Below, piece after piece: positions 53,604-64,000 of a stretch of 64,000 nt of DNA. The notes under the pieces are model-generated. The model saw only the letters and a list, made by a program, of their open reading frames with translations. It was not told the origin of the DNA and made no database searches. The position numbers and the translations under genes were made by a program. Position 1 is the stretch's first letter, and each line of letters begins with the position of its first letter. Source of the DNA: Phoronis australis (Eukaryota; Animalia; Phoronida); NCBI GenBank assembly GCA_002633005.1, contig NMRA01000098.1, forward strand, positions 636,141-700,140. Direction: 5' to 3'.

Positions 53604-55118
53604 ATGAAGAGGCAGGGTGAGATGGAGGGTCCCGATGGCTTGCTTACCAACTTCGCTCGGAGCACCTCAGCACATGGCTTAGCCCGCATCCCAGGCACCT
53701 CCCAGCCAATGCAACGCGCTGTATGGGCACTCTTGGTGACGGCCTTGGCAGCTGCTCTCATATCAGCGCTTGCAATCGTCGTTTCCGTTTACCTTCAGTA
53801 CCAATACACCGAATTCGCAAAGAAAGTGGCACGCCCTAACATCAAGTTTCCTGTCATAACAGCGTGCAACAAAGTTCCTTATGGTCTACTCCAAACAGAG
53901 CAAACTGTGAATGAGTTTTTTAGGTCAATAGGGTTGGACGAGCCTACATGTCAAAGTGAAATTTCACCAGGATTGAATGATCCCATAATATATCGTAGAA
54001 TTAGCGACGCCGTTAGACCTAGAGTTCTGTACGAATACAACTCTAAAGTAATGCAAGTCTTAGGACAAAACTTGGACGACTTTATGGTGACGTGCGCCTA
54101 CCAAGGACCACCATGCTTTATTTACAGTAACTTCAGCACGTCTTTATTCAAAGACCCTTACCACTATAACTGTGTAACGCTGAAAGTTCCAGACGAAGTT
54201 CAGGTAAAAGTCAACGGTCGTGGAGCAATGGAGCTCGTGTTTTTCGTGGGGGACAACAAAACGTCGCTTCAAGGTAAACATGTGGACAAACTGGTTACGG
54301 ATGGAACAGTTGGTATAAAATTAATAATTCATGCAGAGGGAATGCATCCCAAATGGGCTAAAACACTAGACGTGGCACCTGGCCATTTGGCCAACATCGC
54401 TGTACGACCGCGCGAAATTTACAGATTAAAAGCACCGTATGCCAGTGATTGCATAGAGAATCCACCAGATATATTGGCTGCCAGCACGAACACTTCCTAT
54501 ACTTACTCGAAAGAGCTGTGTACATTGAAATGTTTCAACAAGCTTGTTGCGGACGCCTGCGACTGCATTCCCGAACCTGTCGTGGTGGATAAATTTGGCT
54601 TAGACTACCCGTATTGCGGAGAGTCTCCCTGCAATTATTCGTATATTTTAGATAAAATTAAATGTCACACGAACCTAACAGAGAGATTACATGAAGGTAT
54701 GTTGTCTAACCAGTGTCCAGAGTGCAAGTTGCCATGTGAAGAATTGACTTATGATACTGATATGCATCTTTCAAAATGGCCTTCGAAGTTTACGTCAAAG
54801 ACCATCACGAAATATATTTTAAAGAACCACGTGATTCCAAGAAACATTGAGAATGATTCTAGTGCTCTAGATTCATATGTTCAACAGAACTTTTTGAAAG
54901 TGGTGATCTACTTGGAAGACCTTCTTACAGTTGAGCAAACAGAGCAAGAGTCGATGAACTTAGCCCAGCTTACGTCTAGTGTAGGTGGCGCCATGGGTTT
55001 TTTCTTAGGGATATCAATTGTTACTGTGTTTGAGTTCATAGACCTACTAGTCAAGTCTGTACAGTCATTGTTTAAGAAAAAAAGCGTGGACAAAGTGTTG
55101 CCATTCCACAGCAAATGA
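53604..55118 (+). CDS. DEG/ENaC/ASIC-family (amiloride-sensitive) sodium channel subunit, single coding exon, 504 aa
   Basis: STSAHGLARI (HG motif), TM1 RAVWALLV..., FPVITACN, Cys-rich thumb (C..KC...CDC...CPECKLPC), SKWPS, TM2 SSVGGAMGFFLGISIVTVFEF. Confidence 0.96.
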   Translation: MKRQGEMEGPDGLLTNFARSTSAHGLARIPGTSQPMQRAVWALLVTALAAALISALAIVVSVYLQYQYTEFAKKVARPNIKFPVITACNKVPYGLLQTEQTVNEFFRSIGLDEPTCQSEISPGLNDPIIYRRISDAVRPRVLYEYNSKVMQVLGQNLDDFMVTCAYQGPPCFIYSNFSTSLFKDPYHYNCVTLKVPDEVQVKVNGRGAMELVFFVGDNKTSLQGKHVDKLVTDGTVGIKLIIHAEGMHPKWAKTLDVAPGHLANIAVRPREIYRLKAPYASDCIENPPDILAASTNTSYTYSKELCTLKCFNKLVADACDCIPEPVVVDKFGLDYPYCGESPCNYSYILDKIKCHTNLTERLHEGMLSNQCPECKLPCEELTYDTDMHLSKWPSKFTSKTITKYILKNHVIPRNIENDSSALDSYVQQNFLKVVIYLEDLLTVEQTEQESMNLAQLTSSVGGAMGFFLGISIVTVFEFIDLLVKSVQSLFKKKSVDKVLPFHSK

Positions 55119-56029
55119 CCATATCCAGGGGAAGGAAATGTCGAATTCAGTTTGGAGTTGAGGGTGATATATATCTATTCAGGAATACACAGAACTTACA
55201 AGGAAAATAATGACAAATCCAGAAATCGCGAAGCATTATGTCTGGGTTATAGACTGTACATAGATGAAAGTAGTATACATAGAACTATATTCATGTAAGT
55301 AGTATCTAATGTAAGTATTCAAATATTTAGACATGTTATTACAAACATATTAAAAACAAAAACACATGTACAGATCAGGGCCATAGGAAACGGGGGGAGG
55401 CGTGTCCCCAAAATTTTCAGCGTAGAAGCTTCTGCAACAGTACATTTTGATTGGAAGTGAAGTTTTCACAGAATTATAACGAAATTGAACAAGCTGACTT
55501 AGTCATCAGAAAAACACCATAAAAACTTGTGGATCAGTTAGCTTTTATTTCGCCAAAGAATCGTTTCCCGAGACTGCAGAACAAGACTTGATGCTAGGCG
55601 TCGTTGGCAAAGTGAAGACCTCGGTGTGTTTGGTAAGTGTTACATTATATTAAGCAGTAGCACGTGCAGTTCTAAGCTCAAACTTTGGTGTTCAGTGCAT
55701 TGTTCGACATGTCGACCACAATGGAGGTAATATATTGCGTTTTTTAACGTTTTGCAGTTGTTTTTACTTTTCATTGTGATTGTCGGACGTTATAGCAGGA
55801 AACTGGAGTACATTTCCATCAGTGGTCACAAACTCTGTATTTTGCATTGCCTTGGAGAACTCGTGGCGTTGATTGGATACGACATTTAGAAAGCTGGAAG
55901 TCTATACAACTCGTACAGTAACCTTGTAACACAAGATGTTGAATCCCCACTTTCTAACATCTAGTTTGTTGGAAAATGCTCGGATCGACGAGTTCGTAAA
56001 ATGCATCCTTCCCGAATCTCACCAGTCAA

Positions 56030-58815
56030 CACACGAGCCCATTCGCATATCTGGGACGGCAACTGTTTATTTAGAGCCGCTTCTCTTTGCATAACTGGTA
56101 TAAGTTTGTTTTTTCGTAATAGATTTTTGACTTTTACTTTAGTCGATATTACATAGGCAGCGCAGAACTAAAATAAGTGGGTGGGCTATATTCCCTCAGC
56201 ACCCTATCCGGTGCGCCGTTTACGCCCATGGGCGGCGCACCATTGAAATAAATGAGGGCTATAGCCCCCCCCAGCCCCCAATAGTGTGTCGATTTTAGTG
56301 TTTGTTTTCTGCTTAATGTAAACGACAACTCACACGGTCGGTCTAGAAATATAATGAATTACCCGTCGTTAAAATAGAAGTCAAACTATACCTATTATTG
56401 TAGAACCTATCTGGGTTGTGAGTTACCGGCTAATTCAAACGTGCACCATGTTTTAAATGGTGATGAAGCATATATACTACGATAAATATTTATTTTGTGA
56501 CAAAAACTTGCACTATGGCGAAAAACGCGGGTCCAGTATTAACGCTCATTCCCTAAATTTAAAGAGTTTAAGTATTTTCAATGAAAGAACTGGGAGTGAA
56601 AAATTGAAAAACGGGCCAAAAACTCACAGTTTATTTGTAGTGCAGACTACTTTCTCCAACCGTGGTATTCATGCATAACGTTAACCACGTTTACTCAACT
56701 CCAAGGATGGAAGATTTGATCGTTTGTACAGGAAGCAGTTATTGATTTGACCTCGGTGATAATACACGTACACCGTTTGCATTTTGGTCTCAAATTTTGT
56801 TTGTGCACCGTATTTCCTGAAAGTATTAAACAGTGGCTGTAGTACATTGACAAAACAGAATTTGTGAAATACTTAAGTAAGTCCCATAGTGTCGCATTAC
56901 AATGTAGAAATCAGAAACGTATTTCGTTTTCTTATGAAACGCGAGTAGTAGCTCAGTGAAACATAAGAATATGAAACACAGAATTCCTTCTTTCATAGCC
57001 ATAAAAGTTAAAGAAATATATTGAAAAAAAAAATGTCATTAAAAATATGTTATAGGCTTTACTGTACTACTAAATGTCAAATGAACCAAAGTTAAAATTT
57101 GTCTACCGGATGGAGAAGCAAAATGTCACCCATTAGCGGAGTGCGTGTTTAACAGCTGCCCAAAAATACAAAACATGTTCTTACACCAACGCACCGCGTC
57201 ATACTGAGGTTATGAAGCCCCTTCTCGACATGCCTGTATAGTTAGCCAAACACAAATACTAAATTGTACGCAACTTAACTCAGCTAAATTATATTTTAGG
57301 AAAGTAGAAACTCCGTAGAATTTGATTTTTGATTTCACACCAGTCCGCAACTAAATAGGTTGCTTGACATTAACTTTTAGGAAAATTTAGCAAACAAATA
57401 AGGTACATTCTGTTCATCAAACAAAACAACAGCGTCAAAAGCATGCGCAAACGTCATATGACATAACTGTTCAAGATAAAATCTCAAAAACGCTGTTACA
57501 ATTTTCTAAATTATCGTTTCATTTTCGTTTTATGCAACTTTAAAATGTTTTCATAAAAATCTGAAGTACTATTTTGATAAACCCTGGAACATTTTAAGAA
57601 GAACTCCCAACATCGTGTTGGAGAACACTGTATCGGAATTTGAAAGTGCAATGCAAATTCGATAAAACATATTTGAAGTTGGCGAAAACTGAAGCTTTCA
57701 TTAGGTTCAACATAACTTTAAAAGCACAAAATGCAAATCTTAAACTATGAAAAAAATTTGTGACAAGTTTTCGGTTTCCTAGCTGAAAACTAACCTGAAA
57801 TTGTGCAAACAGTAATGTAAGGTTCTCGACGGCGGATAAAAATGTATGTGTCTTGTCCCTTTGAAACAACTATCATCCCGTACTTTGTTCTGTGTATGAG
57901 CGCATTTTTGGCATTTGTCATGAAGTTGGGATGTGAAATGGGCAAAGTCCAATGAAAGCCACTAAAATCGCTATTTTGGGAAGTCGAAATTACGTCTATA
58001 AACTCATTTTTGGGATAAGACCCAGTTACGAATTTTTTGACATTACCCAGAATTTCAAAACCTTTCTAAAATTTCGGATGGCCATATTTTAAAAAGGCAA
58101 CTAATCTCTTGATACAACCGTGCAGTTGCTTAATTTTTATTTATAGGTGACGAATCCCTCCACCTCACACTAAGGCTGCTGACTGCAGCAGAGCTCTTCA
58201 TTCACCCTGACTTTTATGTAACGCACCCACATGTTGTTGCTGCTACTTAGAAAGAAAACTGTATATCTTGGGATTTTTCAAACATTATTCACTGTGGTAA
58301 TATCTCAGCAGGACGGTCTTGGAGACATTGTAAACGATGTTAATGAAGCAACCACTGTAAGAGAGGCAAAGCATCTGTGCCACGATGAGAGTAGTCTCAT
58401 GGTTGTCATGGGTCTGTCATCTGTATTGAAAATGCCAGTAACAAGTGTATGTCCTCACGTAGGAAACAGTATTCAACCCCTTCATGGGGAAATCTTACCA
58501 TGTGTATTAGGAAATGCTTCATGCCGCAACAAATATGCAGTTTTCTTGTGGTCTAGAGATAGAAATCTTGACAACCGACCCGGCGCGATTTTTGAACCAA
58601 ATCATGTCGAGCCAGTTAGAATAAAAAGCACACGCCCTGTACCTGAGTTTCAAATGAATAAAAAAGATTTTGCGACGCTAAGGAAGCGGCATGCCTTCTT
58701 TAGGGTAAAATCCGTACCTGTAACCAGTAACTCAGTAACGGTCGAAACTCACTTAATAGGCGACGCATCACGCACTAAGCCAGGAGGTGTTTCAGCTTGC
58801 AGTATGAAAAAGTAA
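56030..58815 (+). pseudogene. Vertnin-like OTU cysteine-protease domain, two exons (..56097 | 58147..), disrupted
   Basis: DGNCLFRAASLCITG|gt...ag|DESLHLTLRLLTAAELFIHPDFY, LSSVLKMPVTSVCP, FLWSR, FEPNHVEPV; phase-1 splice is compatible; stop and frameshifts present. Confidence 0.75.
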
Positions 58816-59027
58816 CTGTAACGTTCATTTATCTGAAACATTAAACACAGAACTATCGGACGTCCTGGAGTCCAACAGCAGCTGTACTTCGCAGCTAGCA
58901 ACCAGCACCACTGAAAAAGCCACATTAGTCACAGATCCACCTGACGCGAACGCTGGGACTCGCATATCTGGTACTATAGAACCATCGAGCCAGTCACAAA
59001 AGCTTTATTGTAGCTCTTCAGCACCAA

Positions 59028-60970
59028 GTGAAAACTCCCACATTCACCAAAACAGTTCTTCAGGGTCGGCTCACACAATGCAAGAAAAACGTAGTTTTCA
59101 AGACATTCCCGAGCATCCCGACCAACCTTCAAATCACGTCTTTCCAAAACGAACTTTTGGCAACAAAAATCGTGAATTTTGTGTCACATATATGCAAAAG
59201 CTTATCACATGGGTCTGCTGCCTTCAGCAAAGTAAGAGCATCATTTGTTCTTACCGGTTACACCAACTGGAGCAAGGCTACTGGCAAGACGTCTGGCTTC
59301 AGGAAGCATGAGGAGTCTGAGTGCCATAAAGACGCAATGGAACACACCCTGATACTGAAGTCGTCTGTCAAAGATATTGGGGAACAACTGTCAACAATCC
59401 GTGGAGAGCAAAAAGGGAAAAACCGCAGAATGTCCCTTAAAATATATAAAACATGAGTTTTTTGACAAGACAAGGTATACGGTTTAGGGGTGACGAAGAT
59501 GAGCAAGACTCCAATTTTATTCAACTGCTCCATCTAAAAGAAACAGAAACAGATCTTTTAAAATTATGGTTGTCGCAGAAAACAAATAAATGTACGTCCT
59601 CAGACATTCAAAATGAAGTGATCAAACTGATGGCTTTAAACGTTCTCCGAGAAATAGCGTCGTGCATTCGCGTCAGTCCCAATTTTAGTATATTGGCAGA
59701 CGAAACTACTGACGTGTCTAATAGCGAACAACTCTCGTTTGCATCCTATGGGTAGACGAATCATTACAACCCCATGAAGATTTCATCGGGTTTCGCCGCT
59801 TGGAATTGTTGGATACCTAAACAAGTACATCACTTCAAAAAGATACACTATGTTGCGAATGAACTTGTCTTTAAGCAGATGTCGTGCTGTGATGGTTGCA
59901 GCACAATGAGTGGGTCCAATAAATAGAGTCTTTGTCAACATTAACGAGGAAGAACATCGCGCCCCGTACACACATTGTCATGGCCACGCGTTGAATCTTG
60001 CTTGCTAAGATAGTATTACAAGATGCAAGTTGATGGCAGATGCTTTAGCCACCACCCACGAAATTACCAAACTGATGAGAAAAATCTCCCAAATGTGACA
60101 CACAGTTGAATAAAATAAGAAAAGCGTTGCTTGACGACAGAGAAGTGGGTAATATTGGCAACTGTGTCCAACGAGATGGACCGCGAAGGCTGACGCTCTG
60201 AATCGTGTGATAGGTAACTGGGATTGTTCACAGGAACTCCGGTCCTGGGGAGTCCAAAATTGCAATGGTTCCGAAATGAAAGCACGGATACGTGGAATTC
60301 AGTTCCACGTGACACAGTTTAGTTTTTTTTTTTTACGGTTTAGTACTCACAGGGAGCCTGTTTATACATGCTGACAGGCTGAGTACAACTTTACAGATGT
60401 CAGCGGCTCAAAATATTACTAAAATGAGATAAGAACGGATGAGAAACGACGGAGAATTTAAAAACGTCTGAGATGAAGTCGTTGCTGGTGCAAAGGATCG
60501 TCACGTCAAAGATCCTGGTCTCCCTAGGCGCAATAGAAAATCCGCTAGATACGAAACGTAGTTTTCTTCGATCCCAGAAGATTATGATCAAGGAATTTAT
60601 TTTAAAGCTCTTGACAATATCAACCCATCATTACGGGACAGGTTTGATCAAGAGGGTTACAAAATTTACATGCAGTGTTAGGAGCTGATAGTCAAGGCGG
60701 CAAAAAGGGGAAAACTTTGAAAATGAATACCAAGATGTTATCAGTCTTTGTGAAGACGATTTTGATTCAACACTGCGCTGTCACCTGGCTACGTTTGGGG
60801 CCAGTTATGAGCAGGAAGGTAGTCAAGAGGTGACATTGTCTTTTGTTGTGGATCATTTGCAGAAATTATCAGCCGGACAAAAACACTTGATCGCAAGCGT
60901 TATTAAACTAGAAAAATTCCTATTAGTGATGCCTGCAACAAATGCCAGCAGATAACGATTGTTTAGTGTT
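59028..60970 (+). pseudogene. hAT (ZMYM1/DUF4371-type) transposase pseudogene
   Basis: FPKRTFG, GYTNWSKA..FRKHEESECH, RQGIRFRG, SNFIQLL, TSSDIQNE, FSILADETTDVSNSEQL, HCHGHALNL, CPTRWT, VMPATNAS; many stops and frameshifts. Confidence 0.9.
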
Positions 60971-63900
60971 ATAAGTTAAATTTGGTGGATGTGGCAAAGG
61001 ATTTTGTACAAAGAAGTCAACTACCAAAGGCACAATTCGGAATTTTTACCACGTTAGACTTAGCTGTAGTCCGAGTTCCTGTGTACAGCAGGCTAACGTC
61101 GACTGATTTATGTTGAAGTGTGAACTAGATAAAAACACCTGTAATTATTTCAAATCTTCATTCTTACTGAGTAATTGTAGGGACAGTATGTATATTGCTC
61201 CAAAATATTCCAGTCAATCTTAACATAAAATTTACTCTAACAATTCAGTATCTGTTACTCAGAGGTATTGTTCGCCGAATTGAGATATTAGCTCCTGGAT
61301 GTAAGCGTTCTCTGAGTCACGGTACAACCACGTGACCTACACATCCATTTGTACCCCTTGTAACCGCGAAAAGACAGGTTCCACATTCATGATTTAGGGG
61401 CTGCCGTTGATTGAGATGAGACGCAGATGCGCCTGATATGGTTACGTGAATGTCTCAGCTAAAAAATTGTCTCCTTTTGGACATCCTTGGCACTTATAAC
61501 GTAAAACCTCTGAATTCTTCCAGGCTAGTAATATAATCAATTTAAATCAGAACAGGTACTGGCACGACCTATGTATATCTTGACGTCTTGCACTGCAAAG
61601 CAAGAGGCCGGATATGTGGAGACTAGCGGTGAATATAACAACATTTCAATTATAAGGGTGTTGAAACGTGTTATAAAGAAACCTTCAGTACCTACGGGGT
61701 CATCCTGGCAAAGTACGCAAGCAAAAATCCATAAAATCGCATTTGCCATGATCTAGAGCCGACTGGCACTCTGGCATTTTAGATTTACCGCGAAGTTAGA
61801 AGTGAGATTCATTCAAAAACGGTTGACTGTCTATTTCACTGTATAATGTGTGTTTGATGTGGACTAAAACTTGGGTAAACATGTATAGTACAACTGTTAC
61901 GCATTAAGGAAACTGGGACACGAAGCAAAAACATTTACATAACATTTCGAGTGGGAATACTAAGTAAGCCTCCGTCGGGCTCGGCGAAGTCGAAGACCAA
62001 TATCTGTTTTAGCATAATAAATTACCCGTTATTTCCGGTGGCGAGTGACAAGTAAAATAAGGCTTCGTTTATTGGGTTGTACCGGTACGCTCGTTGATTA
62101 ATCTATTGTTGGTCGGTTATAGCAAAAAGGAGGATTGATGAAACGGCGCGATGTACGTATACAGGTTAGGATAGTAAGATGGTAAAGTTGTTCTGTTTAC
62201 CTTTTCATGCCCAAAAAGCTCTGGGATCCCGGTCTATACATAGAACTTGGAAATAGACGGCAGGGAATCTCCTCTGATTTTCTAATTTCGCACGAGCTTC
62301 AACATTGAGTTAAAAATGCTTGTGGTTTGATAAAGAAATTGCTTAATTTGGCAAAAAAATGTTGAATCACAATAACCCCTTGAGACTGTGAACGTTTCAT
62401 CTTCCATAAAGCCGTTTTTAGTGGGCATTGTAAACACCAAACTTTGCAACGAAGACTGTTCCTTGTGCCCAAACATACGTTGTGATTCTTCAACTTTCCG
62501 CTGCAGCTGGCACAGTTCTAGGCAATGGCGAATGTCATATTTAAAGCGGCATTTCCTCTCAGGGTACGGAACATTACGAAACCGATTACCTAATGTGGCT
62601 TGATCGATTTTTCGTTTTTAGGCAGCTAAATATTGACAAAATGATATGTCATGGCTAGAGCATTCCACTGAACTCGGTCGATTCATTCTATGCCCTGTTT
62701 CCTACTCTCGCCACACTTCGCCCTTTCACGTTAGGATTTAGGCATCTCGTGATATCCCGTACCGTGATAGGATTTCATTTCCGTTACCAACAAGAACAAC
62801 GAATTCATAAAACGCTCAGATTGTATTGTGGTTGGCCAACCCTAAAACGACCAATTAAAAATGGTGGGCACTCTAATCTGCCAGGACGGAGTAGTCGTTC
62901 TGGTAGTAGTCTTTCCGGGTGGAATACTAATCTTCACTGGAGAAATCACACTTTTTTCAATGTCCTAACTGAGTCACCGTACTTTTCGGTAATCCACATA
63001 AATTTCATATTTTGCCAGCGGTTATTTTGTTTCGGCGGTAATAACGGAAAAAGCAATTTCGGTGACCCCACAGTTTTTGACAGATGTTTAGGAGTCAATG
63101 ACCAAAATACGGAATACGAAAATTAAAAAAGAAAGTTCAAGGACTAATTGAGATATAATTTATTACCATACATTGAGACCATAGACCCATAGTACAGGTT
63201 ACAACAAATCATGAGGTAAGATACATAATACTCAATCACTAAATAGTACTACTGTTAACCATGGTATCTGTCTCCGGCAATCTTTGCCTCCAAGCTGTAG
63301 CACAATAAATATACTTCATTTTTAAGCATATAGTAGGTGACACCAACTAAACAATTTCTTAAATTTATATTTGTTAGGATAACACCAACACTAGACAGGG
63401 CGAACAGCTGTTTTTAATTGAGAGTACAAACTGCACACGCAGAAGAAATGTCGCTAGCTCCTCAATCAAACTATTGCCCTCACAGAAGAGACACAGGCGA
63501 AACATTCTATCAATCTGTGCAAGTCGGGCAATCTTAAAAGGGAACTGTATTTTATTCTGAATAAATTCTGGATAGTTTTCTATGAATTGTTGATTAATTT
63601 CACAAATAATTCAACTCCAAAAATTAAACTTATGTTCTCTAACGACGCTCAAAAAATTACCGGCTTGGAGCGCTGCTTAGTCTCGTGACGTATTTGGCGG
63701 GGGCAAAGTCACTGTCCTGTGTTAGCGTGCAATCAAGTAGCGTTTTTTATATTGTCGGAATAAGAAATTTTAGTGTGAAATTTCGGGTCACAAGGGATAC
63801 CTGTTTCAGCCAAGGCAACACAAAGTGATACCTAGTCATCGTCATCGTCAGACGAAAATTTGCCGGTGTAACTGGTGTCAGTGACTGTGCAATGTGGACT

Positions 63901-64000
63901 CTAGCCATCCAGTCAGCCAGTTGTCAGCCAATACTCCGGCAGCTCTGTAAACTTGAAGGGTTGGTAAGTTACCGACTGTACCTGTATGAAGACTATCGTA

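Larger units (their letters stand above)
55376..61100 (+). mobile_element. Decayed hAT-superfamily element: Vertnin-like OTU domain exons + ZMYM1-like transposase
   Basis: Possible left end CAGGGCCATAGGAAACGGGGGG at 55376; OTU motif and transposase motifs collinear on the same strand; right TIR not found. Confidence 0.65.

Noticed and set aside
61100-64000. Short ORFs at the window end
   Set aside because: No recognisable domains or consistent splice structure

Overview
AT-rich, repeat-dense animal genomic DNA with spliceosomal GT-AG introns and one assembly gap (20369-20737). It is probably a marine invertebrate, but the taxon cannot be fixed from sequence alone. Three host genes can be reconstructed by hand. 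(1) A 10-coding-exon SLC22-family organic cation/anion transporter on the minus strand (28684->12555, ~542 aa, all splice phases consistent). (2) A DEG/ENaC/ASIC-family channel subunit encoded in a single coding exon (53604-55118). (3) A two-exon secreted precursor split across two ORF-track entries (~7861-9647): signal peptide, acidic pro-region and a cationic Cys-rich macin/CSab-defensin-like domain, with a 1-nt frame problem at its ATG. The rest is largely nested mobile DNA: two Penelope-like retroelements (one with a hammerhead-like motif), mariner and pogo remnants, a MITE family with 5-bp target duplications, tRNA-like-containing foldback repeats, Helentron-like tandem-core repeats, and a decayed hAT (ZMYM1-like) transposase preceded by a spliced Vertnin-like OTU protease domain. 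All calls come from manual reading; no searches were run.
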